From a bacterium (GTDB lineage: Bacteria; UBA8248): DNA of 64,000 nucleotides. The DNA lies in assembly GCA_965207065.1 (NCBI GenBank), contig OZ242260.1, positions 1,024,001 through 1,088,000 on the forward strand, read 5' to 3'. Below, in pieces: positions 48,612 through 57,572 of this stretch (the first letter of the stretch is position 1; every line of letters starts with the position of its first letter). The position numbers and the translations under genes are program-made. The notes beneath the pieces are model-generated. The model was given only the letters and a program-made list of their open reading frames with translations, made no database searches and was not told the origin of the DNA.

Positions 48612-49471
48612 TTCAGATCTGCCAGAAACGACTTGAGCTCTCGCTGCACGATGGTCGGCTCGGTAACACTCGGAAAATGTCCTGCTTTTTCACATACGAC
48701 AACTCTCGACTTCATGGGTAACACACTCATCAACAATTTTTCCGATTTCTCGCTAAATCGCTTACTCTCCCCTCCACGAAATACCAGAGAAGGGCATATT
48801 GTTCTCTTAGCCCAGAAAACGGGATCGTAATCGCTCGCGGAGGAGGCTTGAAATTCCCGCAACCTCAGGATTCTGCTTTTCTCATATGGAACTCTGCAAA
48901 CGCCATTTGCTCCATCGCGCACCAACACGTCGCTCAAGAATCGTTTCGTCCTGGCGGGAGGCCAGTTTCCTTCTTCGCTTTCCGTGAAGAATTTCTGCGC
49001 CTGCTCTAAATCCTCGAAGTCCATCGGGCGACTTCGTGACGCCTCCATGTTCACATTGGCACCCAAAGCATCACGCATTGTCGGATCCACCAACACGGAC
49101 GCGGCAACGCGATCCGGGCGTTCCGCAGCGACGGCCAGAGCGATTGAAGCGGCGAAGGAATGCCCCATCACCACGAAGCGATCCAGCAAAAGCACGTCGG
49201 CCAAGCCAATTACGTCTCTTGCGAAGTCAGCTGCGGCGTCTCCCGTACCCGGGTCATCCGTTCTTCCGAATCCTCTTTGATCCGGGCATATCATGCGTAT
49301 CGAGCCCACGCCTTCCGCCGTAGCGTTCCACATGCCACTTTGAATCAGCGAACCATGTAATGCGATAACTGGCAAGAGCGAACTTTCTTTCGCCGGTCTC
49401 CAGTCCCGGAAAAACAATTGAATATTCGATACCGTCTCAAAACCGGCATACCAACCACCTTTGCTGTGCAT
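48608..49471 (-). CDS. Alpha/beta hydrolase
   Basis: ALHG, PDQRGFGRT, GHSFA nucleophile elbow, AGHFP. Confidence 0.88.
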   Translation of the reverse strand: MHSKGGWYAGFETVSNIQLFFRDWRPAKESSLLPVIALHGSLIQSGMWNATAEGVGSIRMICPDQRGFGRTDDPGTGDAAADFARDVIGLADVLLLDRFVVMGHSFAASIALAVAAERPDRVAASVLVDPTMRDALGANVNMEASRSRPMDFEDLEQAQKFFTESEEGNWPPARTKRFLSDVLVRDGANGVCRVPYEKSRILRLREFQASSASDYDPVFWAKRTICPSLVFRGGESKRFSEKSEKLLMSVLPMKSRVVVCEKAGHFPSVTEPTIVQRELKSFLADLK

Positions 49472-49687
49472 ATGAACCTCTTGGTATGGAAAATGAATTT
49501 ATGAAAGGAATTTCATCAAATCGGGAAAGCGATGTTTCACTCTCCAGTTAAAGGGTTCTCGATAAACCATACTCCGCACATTCAGCAAGCCAGCGAACTT
49601 CAGGCCCCATAAAGCACAAGCGTAAAATACTCGCTTCTCGTTATTCCACCCTATATTATGGCTTTTTGGTCGTAGATAGGAAATCGC

Positions 49688-50281
49688 TCAGGAAGAATCT
49701 TCCGTATAGGAAATCGTGACGCGGCGCGCGTGGAAGCGATTTTGTTCACCGTCGATGGGCTCGAAGAAATGACACGCTTCCAAATCACGCGGATATACAT
49801 GAATAGATACCGCCAATTCGTCACGCCGATTCCGCACCGTATGGATGTCCGCGCAGCCACAAACTGAATTCTGCTCACCTGCCGAAGGATTGTGGGGCGC
49901 ATCGAATCTCAAACCGACCTCGCCCTCGGCGATCTCTGAATCCGCAAAATAATTCACAACCTCAAGGCCGCCCTCCACCATGCCGAGCATCCCCCAGGCG
50001 CCGTCATGATCGTGTATCGGCGTGCCCTGCCCGGGCTTCCACACCATGGCCGCTACGACGAAGCGTTTCTCGGGGTCGCGATACAACAGATGCCGCGCAT
50101 ATCCCTCGTCCGAGGGATCGAGCGCCTCGGGCGGGAGGAAAGAACCCGCTTCCAGCAAGCGTTTGAGGGCGGGTTCGGCTGCGCGAATGAAATCTCGGCC
50201 GCGTTCGCCGTTATCGTAAATGCCGGCAAGCTCTTCTGCGAGGCGGGTGATGGGAGCGCTTGGTGCGGCGACTGTGTCCAT
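49688..50281 (-). CDS. Cysteine dioxygenase-family thiol dioxygenase
   Basis: YARHLLY, WKPGQGTPIHDH, IHTVRN, SIHVY. Confidence 0.88.
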   Translation of the reverse strand: MDTVAAPSAPITRLAEELAGIYDNGERGRDFIRAAEPALKRLLEAGSFLPPEALDPSDEGYARHLLYRDPEKRFVVAAMVWKPGQGTPIHDHDGAWGMLGMVEGGLEVVNYFADSEIAEGEVGLRFDAPHNPSAGEQNSVCGCADIHTVRNRRDELAVSIHVYPRDLEACHFFEPIDGEQNRFHARRVTISYTEDSS

Positions 50282-50552
50282 GACGACCTCCTCCAGATGC
50301 GGAAATCGATGTAATCTGCTATTATTCAGACACTTGACCCTTCAGTTTTTTACCGGAATACCCCGTGAATTTATCCGAATTTATCCATATTTACCGAAAT
50401 TACTATTTGCATTATATCGACAATTTACATTATTCCCGGGCGCCTCCTTAAGCCTCCATGAGGCTCGTCCGGAAGGCGCCTTCCCGGCCGTTTTCCAAGC
50501 GCTCCCGGGCCGTTTCGTTCCCTCCGCTCCGCCCCTGCAAGCGCCCCGATAC

Positions 50553-51353
50553 TCACCAGGGATGGTCCCGCTCGATGAGCGTTCCCGGCTCCCCGGCGCT
50601 CTCGAGCAACTCGATCATATCATACAGCACGGCCCGCTGCTGTTCAATATTTCCCGCTCGTCCGAAGGGATGCCCCAGCGGCCAGGGCACGAACACCGCC
50701 CGCGGCGGACAAAGCTCCGCCGTTATCTCCTTGACGATGCTCACCGAGACGGTTGCGATGCCCTCCCGTTCCACCGCGTTCTGTATCAGCCCGACCGAGC
50801 GGTTGCACAGCCCTCACGCGGGCGCGAGCAGCGCGACCTCCGCCCCCGCCTCGCGCAGCCGCCGCGCCGCGGCCGGCGCCGTCTCCTCCACGAGCCGCTC
50901 CACGAGTTCCGCATCGATGTGGCCCATGAAGCTCAGATGAACCGGCGAGACCCCGCCTATCGCCCCCTCCGCCGCCATCTCGGCCAGCCGCTCGTGCGGG
51001 AAGACGACGTTCAGGTCCGCATCCGCCCCCCGGTGGTCGTAGTAATCGTGCGTTATCGTCATCTCATCGCGCGCGGCGTCGCCCGGAATCTCGCGGAACG
51101 TCGGGTCGCCGTCGGGGTTTTCCATGTCGAAGGGGGTCTGCGTCTTCAAGTGCACACCGCCCGTCGTCACCAGCGCGACTTTGCATTCACTCACGGGCCT
51201 CGCCAGCGGCGTCCAGGGCGTGAACGAAGGCCCCGCGCGCCAGCCGGCCATCTCGGCGGAGAAATCCTTCGCCCCCGCCCATTTCTTCACCAGACCCGGA
51301 TAGCGCGTCAGCAGACGCGCCACCATCCTGTCCTTCCACCTGCGCAAGCTCAT
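50553..51353 (-). CDS. PrdB/GrdB-like (glycine/betaine/proline reductase selenoprotein B family) selenoprotein, 266 aa with Sec read-through
   Basis: ORFs 50814-51398 and 50553-50774 are in one frame, joined by TGA at 50816-50814: LLAPA-U-GLCNRSVGLIQNAVEREGIATV; KVALVTTGGVH, DLNVVFP, PPRAVFVPWPLGHPFG. Confidence 0.9.
50781..50810 (-). promoter_or_regulatory. Candidate bacterial SECIS hairpin
   Basis: After the UGA: CUGU...GCUC[GGUC]GGGC...ACAG, with a G-starting apical loop 17 nt downstream of the UGA. Confidence 0.55.
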
Positions 51354-51357
51354 CAAT

Positions 51358-51449
51358 GTTTCCTGTCGATTGTGAGATCGTTGTTCGGCGGCGGCCATCC
51401 CGTGAACCAGCGCAGAACTCTATCGCAACGAAGCCCCGTATGCACCCGG
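51358..51449. repeat. ~92-bp direct repeat copy 1
   Basis: About 11 mismatches to 55883-55973 by manual alignment. Confidence 0.85.
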
Positions 51450-51830
51450 AGGTGGGAATGTCGGCGATTTCGAATGGCTTCCTTTTCTGTAGGGACAGGC
51501 CCCCGTGCCTGTCCGGGGCCGCGACCTGTCCTTAAGAGGCGGTTCGGTCTTGTCGTCATTCCGGCGTCGGACCCGAGCAAGGCGGGAGGGTTTGGCGGAA
51601 TCCTGGGAATTTGTCAATCACTTGGCAATCCTTGAAATGAAGTCGTTCCTGTTTGTAGGTGGCGCTCCCTCCTCGGGGGTGTCACACGCGAAAGCGCATA
51701 AGAATGAAATACTTTGGTTCGAAGGTGAAAACATTGACCGGATACTCGAGGGATAAGGACCAATTCTAATCCTTGGTGAATCCATAGCTGAAGCCGCCAC
51801 CCGCCCCGTTGCCCTCGGGTTTTCCTCACC

Positions 51831-51864
51831 TTGACGCCAGCTAATTATATAGTCTACAATAGAC
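51831..51864 (+). promoter_or_regulatory. Putative TA promoter/operator
   Basis: TTGACG-18 nt-TACAAT with overlapping inverted repeat GTCTA-caa-TAGAC. Confidence 0.55.
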
Positions 51865-51888
51865 CATCTTTCCTCTTTTGAGGGAGCC

Positions 51889-52173
51889 ATGGCCGAACAA
51901 CATCCCAAACCCCGCCGAGTCTGGACGGTCGCCGAGGCCAAGGCGCGCCTGTCCGAAGTGTTGCGCCGCGCCGAGGAGGAAGGGCCGCAGCATATCGGCA
52001 CGAGGCGGCCCTTCGTGGTCGTGCCCGCCGGGAAGTGGTACGAGAAAAGCCCGCCCCGCAAACCCATGGGCCAGTGGCTGGTCGAGAACATGCCCCGAGG
52101 CGTGAACCTGGAGATTCCGGGGACGAGGAGTTCCCGGAGAGAGGTTCCCTTCGCGGGCGAAGAGGCCGAATGA
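51889..52173 (+). CDS. Phd/YefM-family antitoxin
   Basis: WTVAEAKARLSEVLRRAEEEGPQHI. Confidence 0.88.
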   Translation: MAEQHPKPRRVWTVAEAKARLSEVLRRAEEEGPQHIGTRRPFVVVPAGKWYEKSPPRKPMGQWLVENMPRGVNLEIPGTRSSRREVPFAGEEAE

Positions 52174-52589
52174 GCGGGTTCCTCCTCGACACCAACGTCA
52201 TCTCGGAGTTGACGAAGGACGCGCCGCATTCGCGGGTGACGGCGTTCCTCGCCGACCGTGAAGACTTGTGGCTCTCCGCCGTCGTCCTGCACGAACTGGA
52301 CTTCGGCGTCGCGCTGCTGTCGCCCGGACGCCGCCGCCAGGGAATCCGCGCGGCGCTCTCCGCGTTCACCTCGGAATACGAGGACCGTGTGCTGCCCCTG
52401 GGCCGGCCCGAAGCCGCCCGGGCCGCTTCCCTGAGGGCGCGCGCGCATCGCGCGGGCCGCGTACTGGATATGGGGGACGCGCTCATCGCGGGGACAGCGG
52501 TGGCGCACGACCTCGCGATTGCGACGCGAAACGTCCGGGATTTCGACGGCCTCGAACTCGACGTCGTGAACCCCTGGGACGCGGCGTGA
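52170..52589 (+). CDS. vapC: PIN-domain toxin (VapC family)
   Basis: FLLDTNVISEL, DALIAGTA, ATRNVRDF, NPW; ATGA overlap. Confidence 0.92.
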   Translation: MSGFLLDTNVISELTKDAPHSRVTAFLADREDLWLSAVVLHELDFGVALLSPGRRRQGIRAALSAFTSEYEDRVLPLGRPEAARAASLRARAHRAGRVLDMGDALIAGTAVAHDLAIATRNVRDFDGLELDVVNPWDAA

Positions 52590-52646
52590 CCGCTTCACCG
52601 AATCCACAGTCGAAGCCACCGCCCTCGGCGCCGCCCCCCCTTGAGA

Positions 52647-52914
52647 GGGTTGTTGAAAAAGCCCAAGCGGGTCGGGCCAAACACTCCCCCCTTGAGAGCG
52701 AAACCCCATAAAGTCAACCCCCCCTACCCCCCCTTGTCAGGGGGGCAAGAAAAGGCAAAGCCCCCTCTACCCGGCGGGCGGACATCGCCCTTTTTACCCC
52801 CCTGACAAGGGGGGGTAGGGGGGGTTGCTTCTGACGAGGAAAGTCGGGGGTTCGTGCGGAAGCGGCCTTCCCACTAGAGGCGATGTCCCCTGACAAGGAC
52901 TTTATCAACAGCCC
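52647..52914. mobile_element. Miniature element with GGGTTGTTGAAAAA ends containing a nested inverted-repeat element (~52715-52827)
   Basis: GGGTTGTTGAAAAAG ... CTTTATCAACAGCCC; inner arm CAACCCCCCCTACCCCCCTTGTCAGGGGGG and its reverse complement. Confidence 0.65.
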
Positions 52915-53076
52915 CGGCAGGAGATGCCTTATGTTTCCCCCGCCTTCCACGGCGCCTGCATATTTCTCGTCGCGCTTACAGGGCTCCGTACCCGGCTTGG
53001 AGAACAACAACGCAACTTGATATGATCCCGAGGTTAGTTCGCGACCAATCTTGACGGGGTATAGGAGACCCAAACC

Positions 53077-54075
53077 ATGAAATTACATCTGCGCAAAACC
53101 GCTCTGGTATTCGCCATGGCTTTGCTCGGCATCGCAGGCAGCGCACATGCGGCCGACGTCACGATCGGTTATCAGCTCCTGTACGGGCCGTGGAAGGTGA
53201 ACATGAAGAAACTCAGGGCGAAGGGCCTTGGCGGCAAGAGCATCGAGTTCGTGAAATTCACTTCTGGAACCGAGGTGATCAACGCGATGGCGTCGGGTTC
53301 GGTGGACATCTCGCTCAACGGTTCCTCGCCGACGGCGGCGGGCTACAGCCGGGGCGTCGACCTCCAGGTCATCTACGTCTACGACAACATCAACGACGCC
53401 GAAGCGCTGGTCGTGGACAAATCGGTCACCGCGCCGCAGGACCTCAAGGGCAAGACGATAGCGGTGCCCTTCGGCTCCACCACCCACTTCCACATGATGT
53501 TCGCCCTGGAGCAGTTCAACATTTCTCCCCGGGCGCTCAAGGTCATCGACATGTCGCCGCCGGACATGGTCGCGGCCTGGGAGCGCGGCGACATCAACGG
53601 CGGTTTCGTGTGGGATCCGGCGCTCGGGCGCATGAAGCAGAAAGGACGCGTACTGCTTACCTCCGGCGATCTCAGCAACTGGGGCAAGGCGACCTTCGAT
53701 GCGATGGTCGCGAGCAAGAGTTTCACGAAGAAAAACCCAAAATTCGCCTGCCAGTGGGTGAAGATGGTGGCGTCGGCCGATGCGGACTATCGCGCCAACC
53801 CGGCCAATTACGGACCGGGCACCGCGAACGCGAAGGCGATCGCCGCTTCGGTGTCCGGCAACGAGGCCCAGGTCGGCGGCGTGCTGGCCCTGTACGGCTA
53901 TCCGACGCTGAAGGAGCAGATCTCGGCGGCCTGGCTCGGCGGAGGCGTGCAGAATGCGCTGAGAGCGGCCTCGGAATTCCTGAAGTCCCAGGGCAAGCTC
54001 GACAAGGCGCTCAAGAGCTACGCGGACTCGGCGACGCCGAAATTCGCGAAAATGGCGCTCGAAGGCAGCTGCTAG
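53077..54075 (+). CDS. tauA: Taurine-type ABC transporter substrate-binding protein
   Basis: Signal peptide, VTIGYQ, VPFGSTTHF, AWERGDINGGFVWDPAL. Confidence 0.82.
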   Translation: MKLHLRKTALVFAMALLGIAGSAHAADVTIGYQLLYGPWKVNMKKLRAKGLGGKSIEFVKFTSGTEVINAMASGSVDISLNGSSPTAAGYSRGVDLQVIYVYDNINDAEALVVDKSVTAPQDLKGKTIAVPFGSTTHFHMMFALEQFNISPRALKVIDMSPPDMVAAWERGDINGGFVWDPALGRMKQKGRVLLTSGDLSNWGKATFDAMVASKSFTKKNPKFACQWVKMVASADADYRANPANYGPGTANAKAIAASVSGNEAQVGGVLALYGYPTLKEQISAAWLGGGVQNALRAASEFLKSQGKLDKALKSYADSATPKFAKMALEGSC

Positions 54076-54177
54076 ACGCTGCGGGACGGCGAAAATCGGC
54101 CCCGGACGCTACGAAGGCAATATGATGGGCCGGTCTGCGCGCGACCCCCGGGGCCGACCCCGGATCGGAGCAAGCCA

Positions 54178-54978
54178 ATGACCCCGGTCATCAGCCTCAA
54201 CAAAGTCGGCATGACCTTCCCCTCCCTGCAGGGGCTGGGCAGCGTCCAGGCGCTCGAAGACGTGAACCTTGAGTTCCGCGACAACGAATTCGTGGTCGCG
54301 CTCGGCGCTTCCGGCTGCGGAAAGACGACCCTCCTCAACGTCATCGCCGGTTTTCTGGCGCCCACGTCCGGTGAAATCCTGAGTAAGGGCGACCCGGTGA
54401 ACGGTCCGGGCCGGGACCGGGGCGTCGTATTCCAGAAACACGCCCTGCTGCCGTGGCTCAACGTCATCGAGAACACCGAGTTCGGCCTAAAACTCCAGGG
54501 CGTTGCCAGCGCCGACCGCAGGGCCGAAGCCCGGGAGAATCTGGCCCTGGTGGGCCTGTCGGACTTCGAAGACTACCCCATCTACCAGCTATCCGGTGGC
54601 ATGCAGCAGCGGGTGGGACTGGCGCGGGCCTTGACCTGCGATCCGGACATGCTGCTCATGGACGAACCGCTGGGCGCGCTCGACGCCTTCACGCGGGAAA
54701 ACATGCAGGAATTGATCCTCGACGTCTGGCGGAAGACGCGCAAGATCGTCTTTTTCATCACCCACAGCGTGGAGGAAGCGCTGTTCATGGCGACCCGTCT
54801 CATCGTGATGTCACCTCGGCCGGGCCGCATCACGCACGAATACGAACTTGATTTTTCTCAACGGTATTTCGACACGGGCAATGCGCGGCGGGTCAAATCA
54901 TCGCCGGATTTCATCGCCATGCGCGAAGAGATCCTCTCCATCATTTATGGTGAAGAGGTTCAAGGGCAGCCGTTATGA
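54178..54978 (+). CDS. tauB: Taurine-type ABC transporter ATP-binding protein
   Basis: GASGCGKT, LSGGMQQRVGLARAL, DEPLGALDAFTRE, THSVEEA. Confidence 0.85.
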   Translation: MTPVISLNKVGMTFPSLQGLGSVQALEDVNLEFRDNEFVVALGASGCGKTTLLNVIAGFLAPTSGEILSKGDPVNGPGRDRGVVFQKHALLPWLNVIENTEFGLKLQGVASADRRAEARENLALVGLSDFEDYPIYQLSGGMQQRVGLARALTCDPDMLLMDEPLGALDAFTRENMQELILDVWRKTRKIVFFITHSVEEALFMATRLIVMSPRPGRITHEYELDFSQRYFDTGNARRVKSSPDFIAMREEILSIIYGEEVQGQPL

Positions 54979-55868
54979 AGATCGGCATCTTCTCGCGCCG
55001 AAAATCGGAGTCCGTGGACCAGTACGGGGTGCCGGGACGGGGCAACAGCACGGCGATCAGCGTCGCAACCATCGTGCTCATCCTGGGCGGCTGGTGGGTC
55101 GCGACCCGGCTCGAACTCATCCGGCCGCTGTTCCTGCCGTCACCCGAGATGGTCATCTCGAAATTCAACAAGATAGCGTGCACGGATTACTATCTCGAGC
55201 AGTTGCTGGCTGCGTTCGGCGCCCGCGCCGAGGTGACGGCCAAGTGCTTCGGCTTCAGCGAACATGCCCTGCACGAACACATTCTCTGGAGTCTCTACCG
55301 CGTATTCGGCTCCTTTTTCCTGGCTGTGATCACCGCGGTGCCCATAGGCGTCGCCATGGGCATGAGCCGTTACGCGCGCGGCGTCTTCGACCCGCCGATC
55401 GAGTTCTACCGCCCGATTCCGCCGCTCGCATATCTCCCGCTGACCATCATCTGGTTCGGCATCGGCGAGTCCGGCAAGTTCTTTCTGATCTACCTGGCCT
55501 GCTTCGCGCCCATCGCCATCAACGCGCGCGCCGGGGTGCGCTCGGTGTCGGTCGAGCAGATTCACGCTGCATATTCGATGGGCGCGACCAGCCGGCAGGT
55601 GATCCGCCAGGTCGTGATCAAGGCGGCGCTGCCGGAAATCCTCACAGGCATGCGGGTCGCGATAGCCTTCGGCTGGACGACGCTGGTCGCGGCCGAGATG
55701 GTCGCCGCCAAGGCGGGGATAGGCGTTATGGTGCTGAACGCCGCCCGTTTCCTGGCGACCGATATCGTATTTCTCGGGATCGTGGTGATAGGCGCGGTCG
55801 CTTTTATTTTCGATCTCATCATGCGGCGCATGGAACGGGCGCTCGTTCCATGGAAAGGCAAAGTCTGA
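54975..55868 (+). CDS. tauC: Taurine-type ABC transporter permease
   Basis: LFLPSP, EFYRPIPPLAYLPL, WTTLVAAE, LVPWKG. Confidence 0.85.
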   Translation: MKIGIFSRRKSESVDQYGVPGRGNSTAISVATIVLILGGWWVATRLELIRPLFLPSPEMVISKFNKIACTDYYLEQLLAAFGARAEVTAKCFGFSEHALHEHILWSLYRVFGSFFLAVITAVPIGVAMGMSRYARGVFDPPIEFYRPIPPLAYLPLTIIWFGIGESGKFFLIYLACFAPIAINARAGVRSVSVEQIHAAYSMGATSRQVIRQVVIKAALPEILTGMRVAIAFGWTTLVAAEMVAAKAGIGVMVLNAARFLATDIVFLGIVVIGAVAFIFDLIMRRMERALVPWKGKV

Positions 55869-55882
55869 ACGTATTCCGTCGG

Positions 55883-55973
55883 GTTTCCTGTCGATTTGTA
55901 GATCGTTGTTCGGCGGCAGCCATCCCGTAAACCGGCGCAGAACTCAATCGCAACGAGGCCTCCCATGCACCCG
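55883..55973. repeat. ~92-bp direct repeat copy 2
   Basis: Matches 51358-51449. Confidence 0.85.
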
Positions 55974-56180
55974 GGAATGATTATCTCACCGAGGCGGCGC
56001 AGAGAGTCGGAAAAATTTCACGCACCCCTTAAGGGGGCTGTTGAAAAAGGCCTGATTCGCGATTCGGCGTATGTAGCCGACCAGGGATAAAAGAAACGCC
56101 CTTTGAAGGGAGTGCATACATGTAGCTGTGAGGACGAGAAAATTCGTCCGCATTCCCTCCCCCCTCGGTCGGGTATGACT

Positions 56181-56645
56181 TCACTCACCCATACGCATTC
56201 TGTTTCTCGTCCGGGCGTCGATGGAGAGGGGGCCGCCTCCCAGGAGGAGGATGGCGACCGTGGCGAGAAGGAGGAAAAGCGAATATTCGTAGCCGCCGGC
56301 GACGGCGGCGCCGGTCGTGGGGTTCGTGACGATGCCGTGCATGAAAAAGCCCTGGTCGAAATGCACCAGCAAGGCCGCGCCCGCCATGATGGGAACGTTC
56401 ATCAAGGCGCCCATACGGGTGTAAAGCCCGATGACGAGGAGCGCCCCGCCGACCAGGTGGCCCAGCAGAACGACCCACGCGCCGACGGTGGGCAGAGGGA
56501 TTCCCATCGACGCGTTCAGGGCGGCGAGACGCTCTACGCCGACCACCAGCCAGCCGTAATAGCCATGCAGAACGTAGTACACGCCCAGAGAGACGCGAAG
56601 CAAAGCGATTCCGTATGTCTGATACGGCCTCAACCTCGGGTTCAT
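56181..56645 (-). CDS. DoxX family membrane protein
   Basis: LLRVSLG...HG, GLYTR, GGYEY, GGGPLSID; start re-set to 56645. Confidence 0.88.
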   Translation of the reverse strand: MNPRLRPYQTYGIALLRVSLGVYYVLHGYYGWLVVGVERLAALNASMGIPLPTVGAWVVLLGHLVGGALLVIGLYTRMGALMNVPIMAGAALLVHFDQGFFMHGIVTNPTTGAAVAGGYEYSLFLLLATVAILLLGGGPLSIDARTRNRMRMGE

Positions 56646-56851
56646 CGACTCTTCCCCGTTCGATATAAAAGGGTATTTTCGCGCAAACGCGCGGATATCG
56701 CCAGTCTTTTCTTTCATTCCAGGACGATTTGACCCGCGCGCGAAATGTGGTAGAAGCAAAACGCGGCGCGGATATGCGCCGGGCCGCTCTCATGCGGAGC
56801 AGCCGTCACCTCCGGCGTCGCCAACCAAATCATGAAAGCAGCCATCCGAAA

Positions 56852-57568
56852 ATGAGCGAAAACGAAAAAAAACTATCCTACAAGAACTTCATCATCCCGC
56901 TTGCCCTGGTCATCGTCCTGGTGCTTTTCTTCTATTCGGGTCTGGGCCGCTACCTCTCCTTCGAGGCGTTGAAGGAAAACCAGGGCGCACTCAAGGAGTG
57001 GGTGCGCGCGAACGGCGCGCTCGCCATCGTCGCCTACATGCTCGCCTACGCGGCGGTGACGATATTTTCCCTCCCCGGCGGTTTGGTGATGAGCATCACC
57101 GGCGGTTTTCTCTTCGGGACCGTCTGGGGCGCGCTCTATATCGTCGTGGGCGCAACGGTGGGGGCGACCGTTCTCTTCATCGCGGCGAAGACTTCTCTCG
57201 GCGACCCCCTGCGCGCGAAGGCCGGCCCCTGGCTCCAGAAGATGGAAGAGGGCTTTCAGGAAAACGCGCTGAGCTACCTGCTCGTCTTGCGGCTCGTGCC
57301 GATTTTTCCCTTTTTCGTGGTGAATCTGGTGCCCGCGTTCCTGGGTGTATCCCTGAGCGTCTACTTCATCGGCACGTTCCTGGGAATTATTCCCGGCTCT
57401 TTCGTCTTCGCCTCGGTGGGCGCGGGTCTCGGCAGCATTTTCGAGGCGGGGGGCGAGTTCTCCGCCAAGGGGATACTGACGCCCCAGGTCATCATCGCGC
57501 TCGTGGGGTTAGCCGTGCTCTCCCTCATCCCCGTGGTCTACAAGAAGATAAAATCGAAAGGGAGTTGA
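56852..57568 (+). CDS. TVP38/TMEM64 (DedA superfamily) membrane protein
   Basis: SLPGG, GGFLFG, LRLVPIFPFFVVN, GIIPGS. Confidence 0.9.
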   Translation: MSENEKKLSYKNFIIPLALVIVLVLFFYSGLGRYLSFEALKENQGALKEWVRANGALAIVAYMLAYAAVTIFSLPGGLVMSITGGFLFGTVWGALYIVVGATVGATVLFIAAKTSLGDPLRAKAGPWLQKMEEGFQENALSYLLVLRLVPIFPFFVVNLVPAFLGVSLSVYFIGTFLGIIPGSFVFASVGAGLGSIFEAGGEFSAKGILTPQVIIALVGLAVLSLIPVVYKKIKSKGS

Positions 57569-57572
57569 TTCT

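Noticed and set aside
50553-51398. Two separate genes or a nonsense pseudogene
   Set aside because: The TGA falls at the Sec position of a UxxC motif with a downstream hairpin, so one recoded gene is the better explanation
50220-51635. 471-aa plus-strand ORF
   Set aside because: Antisense to the selenoprotein gene and runs through repeats; no protein-like features
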